Positions 12,826-24,926 of a stretch of DNA of 64,000 nucleotides are shown in pieces. Made by a program: the position numbers and the translations under genes. The notes beneath the pieces are model-generated. The model saw nothing but the letters and a program-made list of their open reading frames with translations. It ran no database searches and was not told the DNA's origin. Source of the DNA: Mustelus asterias (taxonomy: Eukaryota); NCBI RefSeq assembly GCF_964213995.1, contig NC_135822.1, positions 71,362,001 through 71,426,000 on the forward strand. Reading direction: 5' to 3'. Positions within the stretch are counted from its first letter, which is position 1; every line of letters begins with the position of its first letter.

Positions 12826-13253
12826 TAATTATAATGTTATCGGTCAATGTTATAGGTTATGGGTATATCGATAGATAATGCAATATTCAATCTATCCTTC
12901 CATTCTCTTTGGGTTTTTCCCCCCCCATTTTACATGGGCTCTTGCTGGTAAATTGCTCTTTGCTAGGTCCCTTTCCTGATGTTAACACTCCTTTTTTTCC
13001 CAGGTTGGGGTCCAGCACTGATACAAGCTGGCTTGCCTGTACCAAGTGGCTAGGCTCCGTGATAGTCCATACATGGACTCCCACCCAAGGCATATCCATT
13101 TGTTGGTCCTCCGACCCCAGAACGAGTTTGAGGACTTTGCTCTTAAATCTAGGTTTGCTCCAAGCTTTTTAAAATTTTCATTCCTGGTATTCTCCATTCT
13201 TCACTGTAGGGGTGACTGATACTCATGTTGGGTTTCCACTGCAGCCGAATGTG

Positions 13254-14010
13254 TGTGAGACAATACTGTGCCTTTAAGAAATGTATTATATCATGTGTCT
13301 TGGGAGGGGTATGTTTAAAATTCAGCTCTGTTTACGGTGTTGATTTGTCTGCCCCAGGCAACCCACATGCTGAGAATGCAGGAGAATAATTGATCCTGGA
13401 CAATGGAGTGCTTGTTTTAATCTGAGCTAATGCATTTTTGTGTATTTTAGGGTTTTCCCCTGGGGTTTCAGAGTAGGGTTTAATTCGGATGATTGATAAG
13501 AGACAGTCATGTGAGCTAAGCTGACAGAGACAAGCAGGCAGTTTCTGTTGAGTCTGCAAGGAGTAGGAGGCCTCCTTCTTTATCTCCGTCTGGAGCCTGC
13601 AATTTGGGACCTGCCAGGAGAAGTAGGTCTCTCTCTCCAGAGGTGTTCTGGAGGCTTGAGGACTGATAGGCTACGTAAGCGTGTGTTGTTTGCTAACTGA
13701 TTCTGAAGTGGAATTTAAGTCTATGAGGAAGATTGCTTAAATTGGAACTAATAGAGATAGGTTAGCAGTTAAGAATTGTATCTTGTCATGCTTAAGTATT
13801 TCAATTGGTCAAAATTAAACTAATTCATTCGTTATAATTAAATTGTACTGTTAAAAATACAATTTGTTTTGATAAAAGCTTCCGAGTGTGTCAATAGAAC
13901 CACAACGAGAATGAAACACCTTATCCTCACACTAATGCCAAAATAAAAAGTTTTTGGGGTCTAGTCTAACTTCAGAATATACCTTGGGGTTTCTGATCTG
14001 GTCTCTAACA
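13254..14010 (+). mobile_element. Solo LTR (Gypsy-like)
   Basis: TGT...AACA termini with 4-bp TSD TGTG (13250-13253 and 14011-14014). Homologous to 16215-16980. Confidence 0.85.
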
Positions 14011-14649
14011 TGTGCAAGCTGCTTTCAGAACACACTGGTGAAGAATGGGAACCTGATTCTCTCCACCCGAGGCGAATGGAGATGATTTGAAGAAGAATGG
14101 GAATATTGCTGATTTTCCTTCATCCTCCTAATGTTGGTCACTGCACTGAGGCCAAGTCACACTTGGCAACTGTTGTACCAGTTGCGGGGGGCAGGAAAAC
14201 CTACAGATTTGGTTTGAGATATTATGGAAAGTCACCATACATGGTAATCAGCGCATACTCCCATCCCCCACCCCCACTGCGCCAACTGCTCGTGGCACCA
14301 AAATACTGCAGCAATGCCAACGGAGTTAAAAAATGAAAGCTCACTAAGCATTACACCTGTCCACAGCTCTGACGAATCCAAACTGTCCAGAAATTAAGAG
14401 GCACGGTGGGAAGGTCAAAGTGCAGGAGAGCGCGGAGCTCTTCAAGTGTCTCGAGAACCGCCGAGCTTTGCTTTCAAGACTTGGGTATGATTTCTTGGGG
14501 AAAAAGGAATTGCCAGATTTATTAAAGCAATGTTATTCAGACGAACCATTCATAGCGAGAGAGTAAACCGGAGGGTGGAGGAAGACCATGATTTTGGCCT
14601 CAATTACAGATCAGAAGAAACAAGAGAGGTTAAACTTTGGAGGTACATT

Positions 14650-14988
14650 GAATCCATAGAATCCCTACCGTGCAGAAGGAGGCCTTTTGGCCCATCGAAT
14701 CTGCACCGACCACAATCCCACCCAGGCCCTACCCCCATATCCCTACATATTTTACCCACTAATCCCTCTAACCTACGCATCTCAGGACACGAAGGGGCAA
14801 TTTTAGAATGGCCAATCAACCTAACCCGCACATCTTGGGACTGTGGGAGGAAACCGGAGCACCCGGAGGAAACCCACGCAGACACGGGGAGAACAAAAAA
14901 AAACTGCACCCAGACAGTGACTCGAAGCTGGAATTGAACGCGGGTCCCTGGAGCTGTGAGGCAGCAGCGCTAACCCACTGTGCCACCT
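14650..14988 (-). mobile_element. HE1-like SINE, tail type A
   Basis: Consensus match. Confidence 0.87.
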
Positions 14989-15229
14989 GATGGCTGTCGG
15001 AGCGTTCAATAAGACAGGATTGAGGTCGTGTGGAGACCGAGTGAAGGAACAGACAATGTTGTTTTCTTCCTCCAAAAATAAAAGTGTTACGCAAGGACAC
15101 TGGGGCACAGAGTTCTCAACCAGAAGGACAATGAAGTCGGTTATCAATTATTTGCCAAACTATTGTTCGTGCCCTTGGACAGAATGTGAGTCACGGCACA
15201 GAAAAGCACACTTTGTCACTGTTGTTACA

Positions 15230-15401
15230 ATGTGGAGATGCCGGCGTTGGACTGGGGTAAACACAGTAAGAGTTTTAACAACACCAGGTTAAAGTCCAAC
15301 AGGTTTATTTGGTAGCAATGGGAGCAATAGAATTTGGTAGCTAATGGCATTTGCTACCAAATAAACCTGTTAGACTTCAACCTGGTGTTGTTAAAACTCT
15401 T
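15230..15401 (-). mobile_element. Penelope-like terminal-repeat fragment with inverted copy, same family
   Basis: Inverted arms about 15262-15318 and 15351-15406. Flanking duplication ACTGTTGTTACA (15218-15229 and 15402-15413). Confidence 0.7.
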
Positions 15402-16214
15402 ACTGTTGTTACACGCATTCTGTTTGAGGTTAGAGATGGAGGGAGGGCTGGCTTCAATATGACGTGAGGCATGTTCCTTCAATCTGAACACAAGTGGTGA
15501 AGCAGTGTAATTCCTGCTCAGTGCACAGGGCCACACTGAGCGCTGCTGTTTTAGAACGCACCCTCACCATTTCACAATGTCAGCATCCTTGAGTTTTACT
15601 TCCCCAATGCTGCGGCTGCACTGCAGGTGATAACGCAGCACTGGAGGTGAAAGAGAGTTCGACGTTTTCTACAATATCTACCTCAGACTGTGACGGGTGA
15701 AAGGTGTCACTTGGTGTGGATTTGTGGACAAACCTCTGGCTGCACATCTGTGACAGACCCCATCTTCCCTTGTCGTTTTACCTTGTTGCATTACCTTGCT
15801 GCATTCAGCAGTAACAGTGGGCACCAACTCGAGATATAATCCGAGAATCCCAACAGTGCTCAAGGAGGCCATTCAGTCCATCGAGTCCGCACTGACGCTC
15901 CGAAAGAGCATTTTACCTAGACCCACCCCACACCCCATGCTATCCCTGTAACCCTGCACATTTAGCAGGGCCAATCCACCTAACCTACACATCTTTAGAG
16001 ACTAAGGGGCAATTTAGCATGGCCAATCAATCTGCACATCTTTGGAGTTTGGGAGGAAACCTACGCAGACACTGGGAGAACGTGCAAACTCCATACAAGT
16101 GGATAGGAGCCGTCCTCCACTCCTTTATGTCAGGACTCATTTTTGTGGCCATTGTGTGTGTTTTTTGGAAAGCTTTCACCCGAAAACTATCTGCAGGTCA
16201 GCTGTTTAACCCAT

Positions 16215-16980
16215 TGTGACGATTCTGTGCCTTTAAGAAATGTATTTTAATCATGTTTCTCTGCAGGTTTTTCAAGGAGCTCCTAGCATTTTATTGGTGC
16301 CATGATGTCTGTAACCAGTGTCCTCTAATTGTTACTGCAGCAATATAATGGACATCATGCTGATTTTAATATGGACTAATGCAGTGTCATGGGGTTTTAT
16401 GGTCCTTTGGGGATTGCTGAGTGGAGCTTGATTTCGGGGTGATTGATAGGTCAGGTGATATGCCTGGGGACAGTTTCGTTCCACAGAAAAGTCTAAGTTA
16501 TGGTTTCATTTTCTCAGTTGCTGTTGGAAGAAGGCAGTGTCTCTGTCTCTGCCTCTCTCCAGAGGCTTTTTGGAAAGTTCCAGGACTGGGAAGTCTCAGA
16601 GATTTAATCCAACATTCAAAGGACAACTCACAGCAGATGTAAAAAAAAGCTGAGAATCCAACATCACGTGAGCAAACTTGTTTCTGTGTCAAGCCTAGAA
16701 TGGGATGGTGTTTGACTTGGAACAACAGAGATAGCTAGCTGTTTATACTGTGTTATGTTTAAATCTTGTAATTGGTAAAAGTCAGGCTAATTTCTTTTTG
16801 TCATGTTTTAGCTGTTTTCTTAAATAAACTTTGTTTTGATAAAAGTTTCCGAGTGGGTCACTTGAATCATACCTGGAGTGAAACAACTTATGCTCACCCA
16901 AGACCAAATTTAAATGTAAAAACTTGGGGTCGAGGCTAACTTTATAAAACACCTTGGAGTTTCTGGCCTGGTTCTTAACA
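16215..16980 (+). mobile_element. Solo LTR, same family
   Basis: TGT...AACA termini with 4-bp TSD CCAT (16211-16214 and 16981-16984). Confidence 0.88.
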
Positions 16981-17391
16981 CCATCCGAAAAAGACTCAAT
17001 AATGATGGTGTTCTGAGGGGTGTAGATCAGTGGAGAGAAAGAGGGAGGTAAAATTGAATTCTAATTTTGAATGTGGGTGGTAGTCATTACCCTCTGCTCC
17101 AACTCGAATCTCAGGAGAAATTCAGATAAGCATCTTGCAGGGAATATGTGAATGTGACAAACTTTGAAACAGAGTTTGATCATGTTTAGTTTGGAAGCCC
17201 ACAGCTAAGAAACATCTTGCTTCTGTGAACCCCTGGAGGTGGATTTTAACATTGTGTAACTACGCTAAGTGGGGCAGAGAGTAGGATTTTATCAGCACCG
17301 AACTTCCCCAAAGTCAAGGTTGACCCCTTTTGTCCTTTGCCCCTGTAACTGACCCAGAATACGTGACCGGCCCCATCAGTCACTGCCTTAC

Positions 17392-17510
17392 CTCTTTTGT
17401 TGAACTCTCCACAAACGGACCTCCAAACATTGCGGCCATCCAGTCGCAGCTGGAGATTAGCAAGGGTTTATGTGCACAGATTGTCCCATCATCCAGCTTA
17501 AAGACCACAT
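17392..17510 (-). CDS. RHOBTB2: RHOBTB2 coding exon 5, start of BTB2 ([40 protein letters not shown])
   Basis: Read manually, not in the ORF track. 119 nt, caacag|AT...GAG|gtaagg, phase 1 to 0. Confidence 0.96.
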
Positions 17511-17914
17511 CTGTTGCGAAAGAAGAGCAGAGGAGAGGTTCCTTTCAGCACAGTTTGCCACTCAGAATGCGTCACAAATTGAAGGTGTTAACATCAAGTG
17601 CCTGAACAATTGGTTCAGCAGCTTTTTCCAGGCTAATGTCACACATACGGAGACGCAAGCACTCTGAGCTGTTGCCATAGGGACGTGCGCTGGGTTAGCC
17701 AGACAAGTCTGCAGATATTGACAGATATCCCCATCCCTCAGTCAACAAGATGTTAACTTTCAGGATGAAGTTGAGCATGATGGCTGGCCAGAAACGTCAG
17801 CTCATTGCGATGTGTCCACCAAATAACCAACAGAAGCCTTTGAAATGACAAGTCACCCAACTAAAGCAAGTGCTATCAGAGGCCAAAAACAGAATTGGTC
17901 ACTGCCCACTCAAT

Positions 17915-18560
17915 CACAGAATATGACAGCGCAGAAGAGGCCCTTCGGCCCATCGAGTCTGCACCGACACATGAAAGGCCCTGACCTGCCCACCTAATCC
18001 CACTTGCCAGCACTTGGCCCATAGCCTTGGGTGTTATGACGTGCCCAGTGCTCTTCCAGGTATTTTTTAAAGGACGCGAGGCATCCCGCCTCCACCACCC
18101 ACCCAGGCTGCACCATCACCACCCCCTGGGTAAAAACGTTTTTCCTCAAATCCCCCCTAAACCTCCCACTCCTCACTTTTAACTTGTGTCCCCTCATAAC
18201 TGACCCTTCAACTAAGGGGAACAGCTGCTCCCTATCCACCCTGTCCATGTCTCTCATAATCTTGTACACCTCAATCAGGTCGCCCCTCAGTCTTCTCTGC
18301 TCCAAAGAAAACAACCCAAGCCTACCCAACCTCTCTTCATAACTTAAATGTTCCATCCCAGGCAGCATCCTGGTAAATCTCCTCTGCACCTCCTCCAGTG
18401 TGTTCACGTCCTTCCGATCATGGGAGAAAATGCTTCTCATAGAATCATATAGTGCAGAAGAGGTCCTTTGGCCCATCGAGTCTACACTGACATGCGAGAA
18501 ACACTTGACCTCCCATCTAATCCCATTTACCAGCATTTGGCCCATAGCCTTGAATGTTCA
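17915..18560 (-). mobile_element. CR1 LINE 3' fragments (two tails in tandem)
   Basis: ORF 17994..18545 has CR1 motifs. A second 3' UTR lies at about 18438-18560. Confidence 0.85.
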
Positions 18561-18824
18561 TAGAAGCATCGAATCATAGAATCCCTACATTGCAGAAGGA
18601 ACCATTCAGCCCATCGAGTCTGCACCCACCACAATCCCACTCAGGTCCTATTCCTCTAACCCCACATATTTACCCTAGCAAGTCCCCCTGACACTCGGGT
18701 CAATTTAGCATGGCCAATCAACCGAACCCGCACATCTTCGGATTGTGGGAGGAAACCGGAGCACCCGGAGGAAACCCACGCAGACACGGGGAGAACGTGC
18801 AAACTCCACACAGACAGCGCGAGG

Positions 18825-19035
18825 CATGTTCTGTACCTTTAAGACTTGATTACCTGTAAAGACTCGCATTCCAACCATTATTTTGTAAATTGAGTTTGTG
18901 TCTTTATATGCCCTGTTTGTGAACAGAACTCCCACTCACCTGATGAAGGAGCAGCAAGCGCTCCGAAAGCTTGTGGCTTTTGCTACCAAATAAACCTGTT
19001 GGACTTTAACCTGGTGTTGTGAGACTTCTTACTAT
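18825..19035 (+). mobile_element. Penelope-like terminal-repeat fragment with hammerhead motif
   Basis: Shares ccaaataaacctgttggactttaacctggtgttgt with the other copies. Confidence 0.7.
18936..18976 (+). ncRNA. Minimal type I hammerhead ribozyme motif (family A)
   Basis: TCAC-CTGATGA-A-GGAGC(agcaagc)GCTCC-GAAAGCT-T-GTGG: intact core, stems I and II, palindromic AGCT stem III. Confidence 0.72.
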
Positions 19036-20399
19036 GTTATGTCAGGCCAGGTTTCTGAGTAGGAGACAGACGACTCACCCTGGCAATCTCCCATCATTAA
19101 CACTCAACCTTTTTCCTCCCTGGAAGCGTGTTAAATGTTTATCTGCTCTCTTGTCTCGCCTTCTATTGAAGATTTGGTCACAGCCACTGATATTCCTCTC
19201 AAATTTCACCCTCTCTGCTACAATTAACAGTTCATTCTTTTATTAAAATTCCACCAACTGGAAGCTCCTTCAGAGCACTGCTTTCCCTCTAACTTTGCTT
19301 CATCGGCATCCCAATCATTTTCTCCCCTTAACACTGACCATGCCACTTTTATTCTGATCATTCCATTGAGTTTTAATGCACCTTCCCTTGGCCGTGCACT
19401 GACTCAATCCTCCAGTTTAATCTCCTCTTTGCTCTTCCAGAAGGTAATGAATACCCCATTGTTTAAAAACCTTCGTAGAACCATAGAATCTCTACAGTGC
19501 AGAAAGAGGCCATTCAGCCCATCACGTCTGCACCAACTCTTACCCATCTTACCCAGGCTCCATCTCCATAACCCCACATATTTACCCCGCTAATTCAATT
19601 TAAATTTATTCACGCGTGTCACAAGTCAGCTTACACGAACACTGCAATGAAGTTACTGTGAAAATCCCCAAGTCGCCACACTCCGGCACCTTTTCAGGTA
19701 CACTGAGGGAGAATTTAGCACGGCCAATGCACCTAAATAGCACATCTTTCGGAACTAACCCCTAACCTATACATCTTACGATACTAAGGGACAATTTCGA
19801 AAGGCCAATCAACCTAAACTGCACATGTTTGCTCACCCAAGGCCGGACTTGAACCTGGGTCCCTGGTGCTGTGAGGGAGCAGTGCTAACATTTCTTTATA
19901 TTTCTTCCAAATCAAGCCAATAATTGCCACCTCTTTGAGAGCCAGGTTTTCATTTACTGATGTTCCCGAGCTCATTAATCCTGACCTCAAACGTAACTCC
20001 AGACCAGTCTCCTGGAGGGATCAGTTCCACATTCACTCGTCTAACCTCATACTCTTATTTTTTAAAGATACTGTCATGTCTTTTCCTTGAGCCTGGGACC
20101 TTCCTTCACCTAGATTTCTCACTGTGTAAATTTGTCAATCAGTGTGTGTTTGGATGTGCCTGTACTCTGATCAATTTCAAAGCACACCAGGGAATCCAAG
20201 GAGATATCCGCTTTCTTTTTAAACAAAAACGTTGAATCCTTTTTTAAGCAGCGGAATTGATTCAGGGCCAGAGACACATCATTTTCTCTGCAGATACCCG
20301 AGAATTCAGTGGCCTACAGTTTAACAACATTGGAATACGAGTCGTTTATTTAGCCCCTCGAACCTGTCCTGACAATCAATTTGATCTTAATTCGATTTT

Positions 20400-20990
20400 T
20401 AAAATTCATTTGTGGGACATGGGTGTCGCTGGCTGGCCAGCATTTATTGCCCATCCCTACTTGCCCTTGGAGGGCAGTTGAGAGTCAACCACTTTGCTGT
20501 GGCTCTGGAGTCACATAGAATCATAGAAGAATCATAGAATCCCTACAGTGCAGAAGGAGGCCATTCGGCCCATCGAGTCTGCACCAGCCACAATCCCACC
20601 CAGGGCCCTATCCCCATAACACAAAGCTTTTACCCTACCTGGTCCCCCTGACACAAATGGGGCAATTTAGCATGGCCAATCCAACTAACCCGCACATCTT
20701 TGGCCTGTGGGAAGAAACCAGAGCACCTGGAGGAAACCCAAGCAGACACGGGGAGAACGTGCAAACTCCACCCAAGCCGGGAATCGAACCCGGGTCCCTG
20801 GCTGTGAGGCAGAGTGCTAACCACTGTGCCACCCACGTAGGCCACACCGGGTAAGGATGGCAGATTTCCTTCCCTAAAGAACATTAGTGAACCAGGTGGG
20901 TTTTACCGACAATCAGCAATGGTTTCATGGTCACCAGTAGATACTTAACTCCAGCTATTTTTTATTGAATTCAAATTCAACTTCACCATT
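20400..20990 (-). mobile_element. Second tRNA-SINE family (Meta-domain-like) with an HE1-like SINE nested at about 20515-20835
   Basis: ggagtcacat...gtaggcc is split by the HE1 copy. Intact relatives at 3290-3610, 33455-33660, 43745-44070, 47420-47782 (all -) and 54100-54505 (+). Confidence 0.78.
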
Positions 20991-21004
20991 TGTGTTGACT
21001 GTTG

Positions 21005-21450
21005 CTACGAGGGTAGGTTGGAGAGGTTGTGTCTGTTTTCCTTGGAGAAAAGAAGGCTGAGAGGAGGGTTGATCGAGGTATTCCAAGATGCTGAGGGGTA
21101 TGGACAGGGTAAATAGCGAGCAAGTGTTTTCACCCAAGAGGCCATCAAAAACTAGAGGACACAGATCGAAAATAATGGGCAAAAGGAGTACAAGTGACTT
21201 GAGGAAACACTTTATTTTCACCCAGAGGGGGTGTTTGAGTCAGGAATGAACTTCTTGAGAGGGCGGTGGAGGCAGGTTTGATCGAGATATTCCAAAGGGA
21301 ATTGGATTGCTATGTGAAAAGAAAGAATGTGCAAGATTAGGGGGATAAGGCAGGGGGTGGGACTGGGTAGAATGCTCTTTCAGAGAGCCATTGCAGACTC
21401 GATGGGCCAAATGGCTTCCTCCTGCACTGTAAAGATTCTGTAGTAGAGTA
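21005..21450 (+). mobile_element. Older CR1 LINE 3' fragment
   Basis: Degenerate FSLEKRRLRGGLIEVF and TRGHR motifs. Confidence 0.75.
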
Positions 21451-21714
21451 GAATCATACAGCTCAGGAAGCCAGTGTGCCTTTATCACTCGATCACTCGT
21501 TGATAGAGCTTTCTAATTAGTGTTACTCCCTCGTCCTCTCTACAAAGTACTGCAAATATTTTCTTTTTAAGTATACAAGCGATTCTCTTTTGGAAAGGTA
21601 CCACTCACTTTGCTTCAGACATCGTATTCCAGATCATAATACCGCATTGTGTGACAGGAAACTGGCCCCATCTCTCCTCCACTTCCTTTGCCAAACATGT
21701 CAAACCAGTGTTTC

Positions 21715-21815
21715 CTGTCAGAGCTGGCGAAGGGTCATCTAGACTCGAAATGTTAGCTCTATTCTCTCCCCACAGATGCTGTCAGACCTGCTGAGATTTT
21801 CCAGCATTTTCTGTT
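21715..21815 (+). mobile_element. Penelope-type family B repeat, degenerate hammerhead core
   Basis: ctggcgaagggtcatctagactcgaaatgtt...cacagatgctgtcagacctgctgagattttccagc. Confidence 0.6.
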
Positions 21816-22072
21816 GTTGTATCACCATTTCTTCACAGTCGCTGGGTCAAAATCCTGGAATTCCCTCGGTAGCGACATTGTGGGTCAACCCACAGCACGT
21901 GGACTGCAGCGATTCAAGAAGGCAGCTCACCACCACCTTCTCAAGGGGCAACTAGGGGTGGGCAACAAATGCTGGCCTAGCCAGCGACGCCCATGTCCCA
22001 CGAATGTGTAAAAAAAAGTAACTGAGGCAGTAAATAAAAAAGGGAGAGACACTCTGACATCCAACTGAGAAT

Positions 22073-22174
22073 GATATCCATTCTGATGAAGGAGCAGCGC
22101 TCCGACAGCTAATGGCATTTGCTACCAAATAAACCTGTTGGACTTTAACCTGGTGTTGTTAAAACTCTTACAGT
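22073..22174 (+). mobile_element. Penelope-like fragment with mutated hammerhead core (GACA instead of GAAA)
   Basis: Perfect 14-bp TSD ATCCAACTGAGAAT (22059-22072 and 22175-22188). Confidence 0.72.
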
Positions 22175-22269
22175 ATCCAACTGAGAATCCAGCAGAAGTG
22201 TCTTTACCGAGAGAGTGGAAAAGATGTGCTACTCACTGGCTGAGGTGAATAGTCTGGATAAATTAAGGG

Positions 22270-22567
22270 AAAGTTTAAAGTTTGTTAAAGTTTATTTTAT
22301 TAGTGTCACAAGTAGGTTTACATTAACACTACAATGAACTTACTGTGAAAATCCCCTAGTCGCCACACACTGGTGCCTGTTCGGGTACACTGATGGAGAA
22401 TTTATCATGGCCAATCCACCGAACCTGCACATCTTTGGAGTGTGGGAGGAAACCGGAGCACCCGGAGGAAACCCACATAGATACGGGGAGACTCTGCACA
22501 GACAGTGACCCGAGCTGGGAATTGGGTCCCTGACACGGAGGCAGCAGTACTAACCACTGTGCCACCC
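22270..22567 (-). mobile_element. HE1-like SINE, tail type B
   Basis: Consensus match. Confidence 0.82.
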
Positions 22568-23806
22568 CAAAAGCTGGAGAAAGGAATAGGAAGTTATATT
22601 GATAGGGTGTGGTGGAAAGGAATGAGACGAGGCTCATGAGGAGCATCAAGAACAGCCCGGCCCAGTTGGGCTGAAGGGCCTGTTTCTGTGCTGCAGATGG
22701 GAATTCCAGATTTTGATGCTTGGGGTGTGCACTCCATTTTGTTCTCTCCCGCTTACGTCCCTCAGCCTGGAGAACACCAACAATCACCATCCCTCCTCCC
22801 TGCCAACCATCGATCTGTAATTCTTGGTAAGAAAACCCAAGTGGCCACAAAGTGCTGCGACCCGCAAGAATAAGATGCAACTGAGAGACAGCTGATTGAA
22901 TTACAAGGAGAGGGCGATGAATAATTCAGTGGCTTTCACGGGGAATGGTTCGTCTCACTTGAACGATTGAGAATTAACTGGGGCCTTCAGACAACCTGTT
23001 GACATTGGATTCTGACGCGTTACACAGGTGGCAGATGGCGGATGTGTAAGTGAATATAATTAAAACCATAATGGTCTCTTTTCATGACATTTCTTTGGCA
23101 TGAAAACAGTGCACTCAATCAGCACCAGAAGATCACAGTCGCCGGGTTGAGGGAGCTGTAGGTTTCAGTGAACAGATTCCCAGCAGTGCTGAGGGTTTTA
23201 CAGCTTCAGTTCCCTCACTTCACGTTCAGTCGATAAGGCTGCGATCTATTTCTCTTCTCCATTTCCCCTCTCTCCCTGGAGAATTCGCTCTGCTTACCAT
23301 TTGGGCCGGAGGCATTGCTGGGAAATCTATTTGCCTTCCTCTTGAGAATTCAATTTTGCACACGTGAAAGGAATTAATTGCAGAGTTGGCTGCATCTCTT
23401 GCTGTAAGGCGGGAGGATTATCTGAGGCTGAAGTTAAAAGAAAAGAAAGATTCCACTTCCGTTGCAATGGCTTCTGAAGTTCATTCTGAGTTCCAAGAAC
23501 TCAGTCCAAAGACCAGGGAGTTTGGAAAAGGGATCCCAAATGACTCCTTAAAATAGTTTGGAAATAAAACGTTTGGTTGCTTTCACAGACATCCCCACTG
23601 GTCAAAATCTCTATCCTTTCCTTTGGGGTTTCTGCGCTTAGGCGCAACTCAGCTTTGGCACTGGTATCCTTGTCTGAGATTGGAACATACACAAGCTCAA
23701 AGCCATTGGTTCCTCTAACCATAGGTGACAATTGGTCAAACAGCTCCCTTCTCATTGACACCAACACTGTGTTAAGATGCAGCATCCAAACTTACAGCAG
23801 GGAAGG

Positions 23807-24122
23807 AATCATAGAATCCCTACAGTGCAGAAGGAGGCCATTCGGCCCATTGAGTCTGCACCGACCACAATCCCACCCAGACCCTATCCCCACAACCCCT
23901 TGCATTTACGCTAGCTAGTCTCCCTGACACTAAGGGGCAATTTTAGCACGGCCAATCCACTTAACCTGCACATCTTTGGAGTGTGGGAGGAAACCGGAGC
24001 ACCCAGAGGAAGCCCACGCAGACACGGAGAGAACGTGCAGACTCCACACAGACAGTGACCCAAGTCGGGAATCGAACCCGGGTCCCTGGCGCTGTGAGGC
24101 AGCAGTGCTAACCACTGTGCCA
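23807..24122 (-). mobile_element. HE1-like SINE, tail type A
   Basis: Near-consensus full-length copy. Confidence 0.88.
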
Positions 24123-24926
24123 TTCGGAGATTTCTAATTCACCACAAGGCAGCATTCTCTATGTCACGAGGTACTCTGGCCTTCTTGTGAATGTGTGTGT
24201 TCAGCAATCGGCTGGTGGTTTTGGGAAGAAGCTATTTGCTTTGGAGGCACCACACAACCTCTTCAGCCTCTAGCACAGCAGACAGGAACAAGTGCTTATT
24301 GTGAGCCCACCGTATCGTTCGTTACAGGCCGAAAAGAATCAACGTGCATGCCCAAACTTTTGCATACGCAAGCAACGGGCTCAAAACCTTTTATGAGGCC
24401 CCCTACCCCCCACGATAAGGTTGGTTTGATTGGCAACATCTCCTCCCAAAGCACAACCCACCATTGTCCAAAATGGTCACTCCAGAAATGAATGGGTCAG
24501 GATTCCCAGGACCAGCACTGGGCCAAGCACACAATCCCTACTGTAACGCCGCCCACCGACCCCCGCCCCTCCACTTGATATTCTGAAATGTAATCTCTAA
24601 GCTATTAAACAGAATAAATTGAGTTTCTTAGCTGAGATAAGGAACTGAAATTCAGTATTACAAGCATAAACCCACCTTATATACCTCTGGTAATGCATGT
24701 TCCTACATAGAATCCCTACAGTGCAGAAGGAGGCCATTCAGCCCATTGAGTCTACACCGAGAACAATTCCACCCAGGCACTATCCCTGTAACCCCGTACC
24801 CTGCTCATCTCCCTGGCACCAAGGGGCAATTTACCACCGCATCACCAGGACATCTCGATCAGTCCGTCACTTCAGGCGAGCACACCGATTTTAAACACAA
24901 ACAGAAAGCACACCATACAAGCTTAC

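Noticed and set aside
12880-13200. Possible Gypsy integrase C-terminus and polypurine tract on the minus strand
   Set aside because: Only a vague resemblance (WICLG, TEPSHLVQ), too decayed to support.
13254-16980. A full-length LTR retrotransposon bounded by the two LTRs
   Set aside because: Each LTR has its own distinct TSD, and the interval holds SINEs and unique DNA with no gag/pol.
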